A stretch of 61,143 bases of DNA, the filler included, from Basidiobolus ranarum (taxonomy: Eukaryota), in the NCBI GenBank assembly GCA_040143965.1. It is 17 parts of 17 records of this genome, joined end to end, with 100 filler letters (N's around TTAATTAATTAA, not from the genome) between each part and the next. Parts side by side here need not be neighbours in the genome. Positions count along the whole stretch, not along the records: positions 10,842 to 14,351 come from JASJQH010002443.1; positions 14,452 to 17,960 come from JASJQH010002444.1; positions 18,061 to 21,564 come from JASJQH010002445.1; positions 21,665 to 25,168 come from JASJQH010002446.1; 13 more parts are not named here. The stretch is one strand, 5' to 3'. Under the pieces are notes generated by a model, which saw only the letters and a list, made by a program, of their open reading frames with translations, had not been told where the DNA came from and did not search any database. Below are positions 11,239 through 24,500 of the stretch, piece after piece (position 1 is the stretch's first letter; each line of letters opens with the position of its first letter). Position numbers and translations under genes: made by a program.

Positions 11239-12041
11239 GTAGTGTGTGAAGTTTTGATCAGTTTGAAGTGATGTAGATCGTAGGGATGAACTAAGGGGGT
11301 AAATTCATGTTTTGCCTAATATAGCAATAGAATATGACTGTTAAACAACATTTACACGATTTTCTTGGGAGTAAGGGGTAGTGTCAATAGTTATGCCTGC
11401 TTCTCTAGTCATGTACTCTAGTGGATCGTGAAACATGCATGTTACTTACTTGACATAAATCGTATTCGATTTAACTATATGTCTTATATAACTAACTAGT
11501 ATACTATTGTCACAAATAATAACTCGAAAATAACTTGTGATCATGTCAATATGATGTTTGTGGTAATAAATGCGATATTCTCACTCACCGTACTGCTTGG
11601 TATTCCTGAATCAACTTTCCTTATGCATAACTCTGCAAACATGTAACTCATATAAGCCTTGTCTACACTATTAACACACCGTTTCCAAGACTCTATTTTA
11701 GGCAAACGTTGCCATGATTGTACTGGCCATTTGTTAATTAAAGTGGCTTAAAATATTGACTATTTGCTTATACATGCCATTCTCCACTCTAGATTTTTTA
11801 GTTGCTAAACACCATGTGAGTTGTCACATATACCAATAGATATTAAAATATTTTATAATCTACATACTCTTATGAGATTCAGCCTAAGGAGGTCGTGCTC
11901 TTCTCAATTCGATTTAGATTAAACAAACATTATATCCGCCTACTTGAAGAAAACTCTTCATTATGTTTGGTTTGTGATTTATTCTTTTGTTTGTGTGATA
12001 TGAGATGTATACATAAAGAGCAAATCAGGTCAAATTCCTGA

Positions 12042-12490
12042 TCAACTTAGTTCTGCGCAGAGGTACTTCTGGAACGAAGGAACGTGGTGTTGGTTCATCA
12101 GCGTGTAGTGGACACTAGACACGTCGATATAATTATTAGTCTTTCGAGTGAACCCATTCCATCCTTTAAGCTGAAAGTTTAACCAATCTTCCTTCTTTCC
12201 AGTTAGAGGTATGGCGTAAAATACGGATACTTGCTCTATATTGCCACTAGGTTCATAATTACGACCACATTTGAGTAGAGACTCAGTGATGTCAACCCAT
12301 TTTTCGAGTTGAATCTGATCAATCTCCAACTCCTTAATTCTATCAGGAGAAGCCTTTGACCAGACATAATTGATTTGTTCTACGCGAGTCAAGGTGTGAA
12401 GATTGGCCTCTTCTTTGGTAATAAGATCAAGGAAGTAAGATAAATTCAAGAATCTTTCAGTCCAATTTAATATATATGTGGTGGATAATG
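12042..12490 (-). pseudogene. C-terminal thioesterase fragment of an A-T-TE NRPS-like (atromentin/terphenylquinone synthetase-type) enzyme
   Basis: LNWTERFLNLSYFLDLI…YEPSG…VFYAIPL.G.KEDWL…W..FT…HYTLM..HV..FQ..L.AEL, with the upstream PPHI motif out of frame. No A or T domain is visible upstream. The family assignment is from recalled motifs. Confidence 0.75.
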
Positions 12491-14228
12491 TTTGCTAGCC
12501 CGACGAAAGCTACTCTTGGGTTTTGAACTTGCAATCATTTAGCAATCTCATATGCTACCACCCATCTGCTTGACGATACAATCGTCCACTCATAGCTAAT
12601 GCATGAATTATGTCGCAATGAAGCCTATGTTCCTTCTACCACTCAATTCTTTAGCGCTGAACCAGTAAAATCAGTGGTAGTGGTGCATTGGTTTAATGAT
12701 GTTCATGCAAATTTACCATCAATTTCTATTCTATGTTGATATACGAGTAACCCATTCACTTAGCCAATCTTCAGCCATGGAACTCGACACTACTCTTGGC
12801 AGATGTGATTGATTGAAACAACTATACCAACTGATAGTAAAATCTCTATCCTGACAGTTACTATGTAGATTTTACTTACAGCCTTAGAGTTTACTTTCCA
12901 TTTTGATAAGAAACTCATATTTTGAGAATCCACCCAACCATTACTAATCCTTACAGCCATCGATAACAACCACCATATCTGTACTATATATTCAAGTGCT
13001 TCACTCAAATTAAATTTAACTTGTCCAAAATAGTTCATATTTTCCCTGATTGTTCAACTAGTCAGTAAGATAGAATTCAATTTAAATAACTGTTCACTCA
13101 AGTTATAGTTGCAAATCCAAGGAAACAAGAGAGGTTTCTATTCACCTCAAGCGGAGAATGCTGAGTTGCATACTGGTAGTAGCACCTCTGAAGTTCGTGT
13201 AAAGCGTGCATGGTCTGGGTACATGAGCTATATCTAATCCGTTCAAATGAACCTTCTAAATGTTATTACAAATAAACCCTATCAAATATAGTGGCAAATA
13301 ATTACCCACAGTATCAATGTTACCAAAGACTGGAGAACTGTCATTGCTATCATAAGGTTCAATTACTACTATAGTTTACCCAGGCATTCACCAAATTTAG
13401 GATTTGACATACGAGTTTCATTGGCTTTCTTCAGGTAATGCGTCTATTATGATTGACTACTACTTAGTATCTTCATGCATATGTTTAGTATGGCACGACT
13501 CTGAACATTCATTAATCTGTTTGGTTTGATGCTTTGCGTTTATTCTATGCTTTTTGTGCCCCAAGATTTGCGTGTTGAGAGAGCTTATAGCTCCACTGAT
13601 ATTATTATCGCGTAACTCCATTTGCATAAAAGAATCTCTTTTCCTTGATAAATATAGATCTTTTATGACTCTAGATATACGATTACTTTCCAAATTCATC
13701 CAACTAATGCTGGATAAAGACAAACTGGTGTTGTTGATTCTAATATGGATTTTGTTAAAGCTTTAGGAATCGTGTTTAATGATAGCTACCTATTTAAGCT
13801 ATTACTTTAATCCCGAATTTTCATAGATAGAGCGTGCTGCTTTGCTCGGGCAAGTGTTATAAATTCACCATATCATTAATTGACTAAATCCGGATATATA
13901 TTCAGTTAGTAGCCGAACAATGTGTGCTATTTGAGAATGAGCACAGTGTGTTACTGTTCATAATATATGAAATGCTGAATCTTTGATAGGTAACTGATGC
14001 ATATGATTTCAATAAATCGGTATGAGTTACAGTCAGAAAGTGACAACAGTCGATTGTAATACGCAAACACCGTTTTCTTAAACGGTAGAAAGGAAAAACA
14101 TATAACGACGCTCTACCATTCTAGGAAAATGGCCGCCAATAACAATGGATGCATAAATTAGTCACGTTAATATAAAGTACTTTCAAAGAATCTACTGCTT
14201 TCCAATTCATTTTGAGAACCGAGAAACT

Positions 14229-14351
14229 ATGACTTACATTTCGAAAATATTCTCCGTTAGTGTGGGTGCACTCTACGTGTTAGCTGCTACTGCTTACACC
14301 CACACCATCTACAGTTTAGCTCACACCAGCGAAGAATACATTTCTAGAGCT
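14229..14351 (+). CDS. 5' end of a putative secreted protein (truncated by the contig end)
   Basis: MTYISKIFSVSVGALYVLAATAYTHTIYSLAHTSEEYISRA is open to the gap and has a hydrophobic N-terminus. TATAAA lies ~55 bp upstream. Confidence 0.5.
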
Positions 14352-14451
14352 NNNNNNNNNNNNNNNNNNNNNNNNNNNNNNNNNNNNNNNNNNNNTTAAT
14401 TAATTAANNNNNNNNNNNNNNNNNNNNNNNNNNNNNNNNNNNNNNNNNNNN

Positions 14452-14936
14452 GCACATGTGTTGATCCATAGTTCTCTGAGATTGTAGCCAATCATGCACA
14501 ACTATTTTGCAAGATCTTGAAATTTCACTCCTGAAACTGAAAAAATTGATTAAAATCAAATCTAACTTGACAATTTTAAGATGGTAAGTCAACAGTCAAT
14601 CCCAAAGGGATTAAAATTGTGACAGTTTTCCTACAATAACAATTCTCAAATTTCTGTTATGGTTGATAGGACAGTAGAGCCTAAAATAACTGGCATCTTT
14701 GCTTTTCCCTTGGATTTACTAAGTTTCTGCTCCTTGAGTACTTCTCAAGCTGCTTGTCTTATTTTGCAAATCAATAATTGTGTTCATTTCTGAGATGTTT
14801 CATGAATAGGCCTATACTAGCCCAATTGCCATTTGTTTGCAAAAACCCAGGATAAGCCACATGAAATAAGTCAAGAACCTTTAGAGTAACAACTGATTTT
14901 TGTTTTTCTACAATTTGCTCAAATCCAGGTTATTTT
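14452..14936 (-). mobile_element. Gypsy-like gag remnant
   Basis: 14452-~14640 is reverse-complementary to ~53560-53752 in the PBS-bearing Gypsy-like element. Confidence 0.6.
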
Positions 14937-15311
14937 TGTTGAAGTTTATTGTCTTTATCATATTTGTTATCTCTATCATTATACATCTAACTATTTCATA
15001 TGTCACATGTCAGTTGGTCAACATTACTAAGTCATATATCACTTAACTGAAATTGAAACAAGTATTATATATATGTGAATTATGTGAGAATTGGCAATTC
15101 CATATTGGAAATTTGAAACTTGTACAAAGTGCCCCAAATGTAGCTCATTTTACTCCCACAGATGGTTTGAACACAAACCCAGTGTTAGTTTTCTGTATTT
15201 CCACCAAAATGTATAAATGATTTATTTCTGGACAATAAATAATTATTTTGCAAAGCTATTCACCACTCCACTTTTCAGAAGCTCCTCCAAACAGCCCATA
15301 TTTTCCCAGTA
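14937..15311. repeat. Solo LTR family B with 5-bp TSD ATTTT
   Basis: TGTTGAAG…CCCAGTA flanked by ATTTT at 14932-14936 and 15312-15316. Confidence 0.88.
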
Positions 15312-16005
15312 ATTTTGGGCAAGATTGTGCACAGTTTCCAAAATGCTAAAACACTCATGATCAGAGCAAGTGATGGCAGCTTTGACATTCAGAGTCTTTT
15401 GGTTTGCTGGTTTTCCAATGAGATTGCTACTTTCATGTGCCCAAGGAACATCAGGTCATTGTGTAGGCCTAATGGTCTAACACATATTCTGCTCTGCTAG
15501 ATTGTCATGGTGACATTCATGTATATGGTGTGGGATTGATTGAAATCCAGTATGAGAATGGATGGAGAGAGCAGCATGTTGCTGTAGCTCAAGTACAGCA
15601 ATCTAAAGGTCTTGAATCATTGTTGAGTGACTCTCTAAGTGTTGAATAGTTGCTTCCAAACACTGCATTAACCTCAAGATTGTGGCATTATTGCTTCTCA
15701 TGGCCTGTATAGCAACTTCATGCTTTTTACTTTTGAATGCATACAAATCATTACTGTGTTGTGCCTGCAATTCCCTTGTTGTAATAATTCTATCCAAATT
15801 TTATATGGAGGGTTGTTCAATAGTTGGCAAAGTAGCCATTTTGGAAGTTGATGGTCTTGACAGTGTTTTGGTTGAACTTTGCTCAACTATTGATTTACTA
15901 TGTAATTGGAGGATTGCAGTCTCTTCACTTATAATAGAGCTGGAAAGGAACACATCTGGCAAATTGATCAATGCTTCATCATTAGTTGAGTTAGTTTCTG
16001 GCATG

Positions 16006-17810
16006 TTACATAGGAGGTGTTATTTTTTCTGAAAATCCTTCACATGCCACAACAACAATGTTTAAACAAGCCCTGCAATTATTGTCACAAATTCTTGTGC
16101 TATTAAAGCCAGAGGCTTCATAGAAAAAATAATCACAAGCATGGTCACTGTTCAAAGCCACCAGCTGCACAAAGCTTGGTGAATATTAACAATAATCCAT
16201 GCACAAAATTGACTTTAGTTTTGCCCACGGGGTCCACTGATTGTACTTTGCCTCAAATTTCTGTTAACACTGCCAAAAGTTAAGATACCATGGAGTTATC
16301 ACAGTTATAAAACCAGAATGATGTAGGTAGAAATGCAACTTGGGTCAAACCACTAAGTCCAGACAACTTTGAGGACTTGCTGCTAGATGTTGACCTTGGT
16401 TATTCCGGTACCAATAGTAGTATATCAGAAGTTTAAGAAGAAGACAATGGTTTTTTTACCCACTCTTTGTTATTGACAAACATTAGTCCACTCATAAGAC
16501 TTACTGTAAAGGAAGCAGCTTTGACTATTGAGGAGTAGAGAGTTCCATTGAATCTTAGCAACCAGGTGTTTGTTGGTTTTCTTACACTGTTACCATAGTT
16601 GATTGGCAACTGTTGCTTGCCACAGACCTGGTACAAGTGGAAAACACTTGTCAATTTTATGGCTTATAATCCTTTGGTAATAAACTATCTTCATGTCCAA
16701 ATGGTTGTTTGGCATTCACTGGTGATTGGAAAAACCTGAAGTCATGTACTGTTTGCATACAATTGGCAATCACTGAAGCAGGTAAGTATTATTCATATTT
16801 GGCTTACATACTGTTGATTCCCCAACTTGTAGTTTTGATGTAATCACCCAGATATAGATCATTGATCCATTACCAAAGTACTCACTATAAAGCTGATGGT
16901 ATTACCAATATATTTGAAGGATATCACTGCCCGAATCTGAAAAGTCAAGGTTTCTTTGTGAACAAGTATGATCATGCAGTTGCATTAGCTTTGGAAGGTT
17001 TCTTGCTAAACAAAAAACAATTGGAAAGGCTTGCTGGCCAATAATTTTATTTAAGTTAAATCTTTCTTCTTCTTAATGGCATAAGAGTCACAATATTTTG
17101 ATACTATCCATCACATCTAGACCTAAATCACCAGTCTTATAGATAGCTTTTTGGAGCCTTTGACTGTGGAATTTAAAAGGCTATCTAATGGGGATCAGAT
17201 GGGTGAATTTTTTTTAAAGCTAATATCATTGTGTATATTGGTGAAACTCCTGCCATCAGTGAGCTTGGAGGTTTTTGTGAGCCAATGCACAATCTTGCTG
17301 TGGATTTAGTCAAATCAATGGAGTTTACTCTAACAGACATATGCATTACTGCTGTCCAAATACAATACTATACTCAATATTTTTACCATCAAGAGCCCAG
17401 TCAGATTTCAACATGATCACTGATATCAATTCACCAAATTGTCGGTCTAACATCCAACATGGCATTAGCCATAAGTCTAATTTTATATTGCAAAAGGGGA
17501 TCAGTTGGAGCCAGAGCTTCCCATTAAGCACTATGCTTGTACCATGCAATAACATTCCAATACTACTTACTCAGCTATATCATGGAAACTTCAATATGAA
17601 TGAGCCCTTTGAGATAGGATCAAAGTTTGATTGGATTGGGAAAATATTTGAAAATGTTAAGATACCATCATCTTTTACCTAGCCTCCCATCAATATCCAC
17701 TCATCTAGGCATTCATTCAAGTGCAAAGACTGGAATATTGGATTTTTATATATTCAAGTGGAATGCTGAAAAGATTTCAGCCTGATAAGTATTGGCAACA
17801 TTGGGAGTGC
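16006..17810 (+). mobile_element. Decayed CACTA/En-Spm transposon, copy 2
   Basis: Colinear with 370-2200 and carries the same Tnp2-like motifs (GETPA, WSQSFPL). Confidence 0.8.
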
Positions 17811-19062
17811 CCTAACAAAATTAAAATCAATTTGATCCAAATTGGATTCACCCTTGTAATCGCAAAACCATTAGAGACGCAGCCAAAATTCTGCAGCTTA
17901 AGTTGATGCAGGTTTTGACCCTTGGTTAAGTGCAGGGAGCTTGGTGGCTGAGGTTCTTGCNNNNNNNNNNNNNNNNNNNNNNNNNNNNNNNNNNNNNNNN
18001 NNNNTTAATTAATTAANNNNNNNNNNNNNNNNNNNNNNNNNNNNNNNNNNNNNNNNNNNNGTGTTGAATCAAATCCGGGAGCCAACCGGGAGCGAAATAT
18101 GGGTAGTTATAGAATTAGAGATCGAAAACAATTGGCGAATATAATTTTTCCTATCTTTGATCAATATCCTCCTGTATTTGAGGCATAAGAGGATATGTAG
18201 AAGGATCCAATTGCCACGGGGAGATCATGAGTAGCTGGGTGATATATCTCGCAATTTTGTATATGCTTAGATTAGTGGACACTCTTCTAAGACCCCGCCA
18301 CTATTCCTCTTTCTCCACACTTCAGCCCATATCTTCGAGTGATTCTCAGCTTGAATGTCAGATTCAACTCAGCCGCGGTATTTATTTATTCCCCTGGAGT
18401 GTCATAGATTGATCATCAACTACGCAGGAGTGATGAATCGCTCTGGTGACGTTATTGCAGCCATGTCAGTTGACTGAGATTTTTGCCAACATTGTTACGC
18501 ACAAACATCCTAAACACTATCAGCAACATGTGCTCCAGTGACTACCAAAAACGGTATGCGTATCTCATCTAGATTTGGTGGGAAGTGGAATGCTTGGGGT
18601 CACCAAACTCTGATTTCCCAATTTCCCCATGGATACATTCAATCTTCCTTAACATCGATCTTAGAATCCCGCGAATTTCTTCGCAGAGACTTTGGTTACC
18701 ATAAGTAGATTCAAATTCAATGGTGCTTGTTATGATGAACAGGCCGCCACTATGTACACACTTTTATGGTCATGGGCTGGCTTGGCAGCTTGTGTAATTT
18801 TCACATTGCCTAAAACTAGTTTCTCCTATCATCGAAGATTATTCCAACCAAAAGATGTTCCTAATTTGGATCGGATTTGAATGATCTTGGAGGTTCATCA
18901 GTATTGGCTTATGAGCCATTTGGATTCTCAATCTGCACCCCAATAACGCAACGCTATAAATACCCGTCGCCGCACTTCTCGGTGTAGATCCAACGTGTAA
19001 TTAAACCAAACTGTAAAAACAACCCCTTACCTACATCATTAAATCCCTTGAACATACAATCT

Positions 19063-19736
19063 ATGAAATATGGCTACGTCGAAGGTAAGAGAAATGATCA
19101 ACATCAAGAGCAGCTCTACTAACACTATAATTCTGCTTAACAGATACCTCTCACTTTACCAAAACCTTGACTCCTCCATTTTTATCCAAGATCGGCATAT
19201 CGCAGCATCATCCTCAATTTGTCTTCTTGGGTTATAAAAAGAGCATTCTGAATTGGATGCGTAAGCATAGTCAGCTAAAAGTAGAGCTTAATGATGTTAC
19301 GCAACCCAGACACCGAAACATCACCTTTGAATTAACCAGCCTATACAACTTGCCATTCACGCCGTACCGGTGTAACATCCGCGCAACAAAGCCAAGTGAT
19401 TATCAAGGATCAGTCAAGGGAGATTCGACACAAGACAGTGCACGAGTAGTCATAGTTCCCTCTGGTAAATCCCTAGGAGATATTCTGCTGTTGCTACACA
19501 TTTGCTTGGGCCGTAGCTCACGCACAAAGTACATATGCACCAGTGACCAACGTGAATATGTTTTTATGACAAATAATCTGACACCTGCCCAAGCACTCCG
19601 ACAATCGAGCGGGCCGAATTATATTCCACTGGAACCTAGTCCATCCTATCAAACCATTGATATCTATCCAAACCACCCTCTTTCGTGTGAGCTTCCATCG
19701 TATTATTCTAGCATCGCTGGGCCACATAACCTCTAA
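19063..19736 (+). CDS. Hypothetical ~204-aa protein, 2 exons (19063-19084, 19144-19736)
   Basis: An ATG exon is joined in frame to the 19167 ORF via a GTAAGA…CTAAC…CAG intron. TATAAATA lies at ~18955, and the C-terminus carries an LPSY motif. Confidence 0.7.
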
Positions 19737-21719
19737 TGATCCTCTAACATTAACCATATATCTGCCTCATAGATAATCTTTGCCTTATCTAAGTTTCTTC
19801 TTTTATTCATGTAAAATCCTTTAACCTTAACAAGCATCGGCTATCGAGTAGTCAAATCATTACAAGAGAATCAACTCGGAGAATATTTCGATTGAATCAA
19901 TAATTACATAATGAATGTGAGCACTACTACTACAGTGAACAAAAACCTAATTCATACTTATGTGTCTGATCAATATCACTACTTACGTAGGCTTCCTGGT
20001 TACCTGCATGTCAGTATTACTTTAGTACAGATAAAGTATGAGAAATTACTTCTATTCAGTACCCCGAAAAAATCTTTGACCGTGATGCTTCCTACAAACT
20101 ATGAATATTCACTGCTGTACAATTTTAGTGTCCTTTATTGCTGGTTCTGGGCAGAGTTGAAGTTATTTACAAAATAAGTAAAAAATTTAATAATCATGAG
20201 ACCCTGGGTTACGAAAGTAAGAAAATTCCATGTTATTTAAGTACACCATAGTGAGATTGTTTGAAATGATCTTTGCACAAATTTAACCAGTGATAATCAA
20301 GATGCATCCCAGTGTTCATTTCTACGCAAGTGGTTCGTTGCATAGTTATATGGGCAAGCTTGGTATTATTTGGGAAAATTTGGATGTCTGTGGTGTTCAC
20401 AGATTGATAGTTTGAAAATACACAAGAATTTGTAACCCATCTCAAATTTAGCAAGCCATAATCTATATCTATAGCTACAAGCACCCTTTAAAGCTGTCAT
20501 TCTTTCTGCTTCAATTTATACATATTGTTGCGATATACAAGTCAAGCACCTGAATACCCTGAAGACTGATATTATCACCCTTAATTATTTTAAAAAACCC
20601 TGATTACTTACCCCTCCTGTACAAGTTTACCTAAAAACTATGCCAACATTTTTACGCCTATAAATCAATACCTTTGTTGCCTAAGCACTTAATTTGAATA
20701 TTTATTTCTTTAAAAATAGCCTAAAATGGCCGCTGAATAACGGGCAAGAGACTTCATCCCACCTGGTATATATGGTATCCTGCCACAAGAAGCTAAAGAC
20801 TCATTGATTAATACATTTCAACATATCGTTGACCAATAACAATAATAATTACATGAACAAGAACAGTGGGGGAAACAGAAGCAAGAACTTGATCTACAGA
20901 GACAGCAGCTTGAGGCTGGTAGTCAATGACCTTAAACCAACTCGCAGTAAAGAAACATAGGCAACAACAGGAGAATACAAGGAAGTAGCCGGCCCAGTGT
21001 TATATTTAAACAATCATGGTGAAATCACACCTCGTGAAGGTAAAGAACGCACTGTTGAGAAAATGAATGAGCTAATACGTACAATGGATGCTTGTAGGCA
21101 ACGTGAACGCTATGCATCAGGTAAAACTATCAAGAAAATAAAATTGTCGAACAGGATCAATCATCCTTTTCTATCGATGAATGTGTAAGCACTAAACTAG
21201 TTCAGTATGGATTATTGGCTGTTGTTATCTTATCTCAAGATGAGCTTGAAAGACGTACACTCGATTAATAACAAACATGTCTACATGCTTACATGATATA
21301 TAGGAAATCGGCAGCAACTATAATAAGTCAAAATGGTGGATTTTTTTGACTAGAAGTTACAAATGTCGGAAATACCAAAATTCTCATGCATATCCAATAT
21401 GTTTGAATATTAAGAATCAAGCAGTGGAATCTCTATATGCCAAGTTTAGTTTGTGTTGAAATTAGCATTGCCTAAACACCTATATAGTCATATATAGCTT
21501 AGTACTTAGTTATCTTATAACTCACTAAGATATTATCAATTATTCTCAATCGGAATTTACTTAGNNNNNNNNNNNNNNNNNNNNNNNNNNNNNNNNNNNN
21601 NNNNNNNNTTAATTAATTAANNNNNNNNNNNNNNNNNNNNNNNNNNNNNNNNNNNNNNNNNNNNCACCATAGTTAAGTTTGGCTACATTAGATCAATCCT
21701 GGCATCCTGCGCCATCCAT

Positions 21720-22060
21720 AATCTTGGTTGAAAGTAAGCTGGTATTACAGCCAATGGATCTCAATGTGAGGTTAATAAAGTTTCATTGAATTTAGCACAA
21801 AGTGACTGAAATCCAGGCAGGAGTTCCCTTATGATTTCATTGTGGGTAAGTAAATGAATATATTAGTAGGAACATGTCCAGATATTGCTGTCATAGTGGG
21901 AACTGTCAGTCAATATATCAAAAATCAAGGATCTGAGCATAGAACTGCAATAAATCAAATATTTGGGTATTTGAGAGAAACCGTAGATCTAGTACTTGAA
22001 TACTCTGGCACTCCTGATGCACTAAATGTTGAGGGCTACAGTGAAGTAGTCTGGCAGTTA
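21720..22060 (+). mobile_element. Copia RT/RNase H fragment
   Basis: GTCPDIAVIVGTVSQY…IFGYLRET…EGYS, the RT-RNase H junction. Confidence 0.75.
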
Positions 22061-24500
22061 AGAGGTTGCCAAAATGGTCTGACAGGCCCCTAAGTAGTTT
22101 CATGAATGTGTCATCATTATTTAGAGGTGCTCCAATGGATGGGAGCAAGTCCTTAACAGCTTGGATCTGATTTATATGATTAGCCACAGAATTACCAGTA
22201 TTTTTTGCAATTGAGATTTTTGTTCATTCAAGATACAGCCTATTAGCTAGAATATCAGTCCCAGAGAGTACCTCAAGTGTTTACAATGCATTTTTATAAT
22301 TTTGGCTGAGTGCATGTACCTCCAATTAGACTCTCTGAGATTTAGACAAAGTGTATGGAATGATTTCCTCTGCTTTTAATGCAAGGTAAGGATGTCCTCT
22401 GCTGGTCCCTTTGGCTCAATTTTTCCTCCTGTAACAAATCCCCATAGGTTCCTGTCTTCTAGCACTATTTGCATCTTGAACTTCCAAAGTTGAGATTCTC
22501 TATCATCATACTTCTCTTTGCATGGGAAAACATCTATAGTAGTACTGGTAGACATTTCTTCAATAGCTAGGTTGGGGCTCCTAACCTGAAATAGTGTTTG
22601 ATTATTAGAAGTGTTTTGAACAAGATTTAGATTTGTAAATTGAGCACTGAAGTTTTATTGAATTGATAATATCCTGTTCATAGCTTCCTATGCAATAAGA
22701 CTGTTGGATGAGTTGAGATCATAACAAACAAACCTCTCAAGCATGGGTAAAAGTGTGAGATAATTTAGAGAGGTTATGAGAAAATGATGAAAACAGGGAA
22801 AAGGAATGCAGTTGATAAATCAACACAGTTGTCCAATGAACATAAAAAATTGAATGCTGGTATTGAGTGCTGAATGAGCAGAACAAAGCTCAATTGAGTG
22901 TAGAAAAATAGTTGATCTTTAATTAACTTTAACATGCCTGCTCAACCACTTATTTTGTACTCAACTTAATCCTAACTAGTGTTACACCATTCAAATAGTG
23001 CTTTAGCTAAAGGATTGGTAAAGATTTTAGCAATAATTTGTTCCATAGGGATGTTGACTTGTTCAATTATGTCATTTTCTATTGCTCCTCAAACAAAATG
23101 AACTCTAATATCTGTATGTTTGGTTCTGCATGAGGTGCGGACTTTTAGCTCATGCAATACAACCTTGATCATGGCCACACACCACAATAGCACATTTTTG
23201 CTTGTATTCCATGTTAGTTAGTGACTCCCTCAGCTACATAGCTTTTTGCGTAGTAGCAGAGGCAGCCATATACTCTGCCTCTGTAGTGGTAAGTGCTAAG
23301 GTTGGTTGCTTGTAACTAATATAAGTCATAACTCTATTACTATAAGGAAAAGTGTACCCAGTTGTTGATCTTCTATCATTGAAGATTCTTCCCCAGTCTG
23401 CATCACTCTAACCTTGAACATTTTGTGCAACAGGAGTGCTGGAGTATTCCAAAACAAAACTGAATCAGCTTATTTTCAAATTTAGCTTATCTCTCCTGAT
23501 TGGGATTCCAAGGAAGTAACTCAGTTATAGCATATCAGTTATATGAAGTTTAGTGTGATAAGCAACTTTTTGTCTTATGCTTAGAATTCCAGCTACTCCT
23601 AACAAGTATTTATTTTGTTGTACCATGCTGTTGGTGCCTGTTAGTCCATAGAGCAACTTTCAAAGTTTACAAACTAATTCAGAGTGTTTTGGACCAACAA
23701 ATCCATATGATTGCTCTATATCAATCTCTTCTTCTGGATTTACTGTCAGAAAGAGTGCTATTACATCCATTTGACATGAATCAAGGTTATGGATAGCTTA
23801 GAGTGTTAGGATTGATCCAATGGTGCTAAACTTGGCTATTGAAGCAAAGTTTTCATTAAGCTCAAGTCCTCAAGTTTTGGAATTAACTGTTATAACTAAA
23901 TTTGCACTGAACCATTCTATTATTCTATCAGGCGGATTCCATTCATTGTTGCTGATCTAACTTTTGCTGTTGAAACATTGCTCTTCCCATCTGCACTTTG
24001 GTGTTATTAGCATATTCTGCCACTACATATCACTGCAGAGTAAACAGTACAGTTGTGTGTTGCTTAGTTCTATGCTTAGAGCAAAAATTGGCAAAGTATT
24101 TAGAGGAGTATTCTCCACCATCATCACTCTGAAGTATTGTTTTTTTTTGTACTTCTATTTCTTTGATTGCTTTATAGTACCCGAATGTAGCCAAGACCTC
24201 AAATTCAGATTTAAGAAAGAATACCTATGTTTATGATGTTTTTTCATCAAAAAGTTCATACAGCACTTGTTGCCACCTGGTGAGATGTTTTTCATGGGCC
24301 TACATACAGCAGAATAGATCAGTGTAATTCATTGAGTGGATGTGATACCTGCAGGACTTGAATAAAGCTATCTGTGATGCTTTTTATATGCATCCTCCGT
24401 ATATATCCAATTTGGGCTATTTTCAACATCTAATCTTGGAACAAATTAAATTCAGATCATTTAGTTCAGTTCCTGATCCCCAAGGCTGCCTAATCTTTAA
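22060..24500 (-). mobile_element. Tandem Copia junction: pol end - PPT - LTR (22587-22934) - PBS - gag of the next unit
   Basis: The RNase H end (IFT.PLAKA.FE) is followed by a purine-rich tract, a TG…CA LTR, GGTTAGGAGCCCC and the gag start (LWKFKMQIVLEDRNLWGFVTG). Confidence 0.8.

Noticed and set aside
20720-21200. Gag-like or coiled-coil decayed ORF
   Set aside because: Multiple stops and no diagnostic motif.
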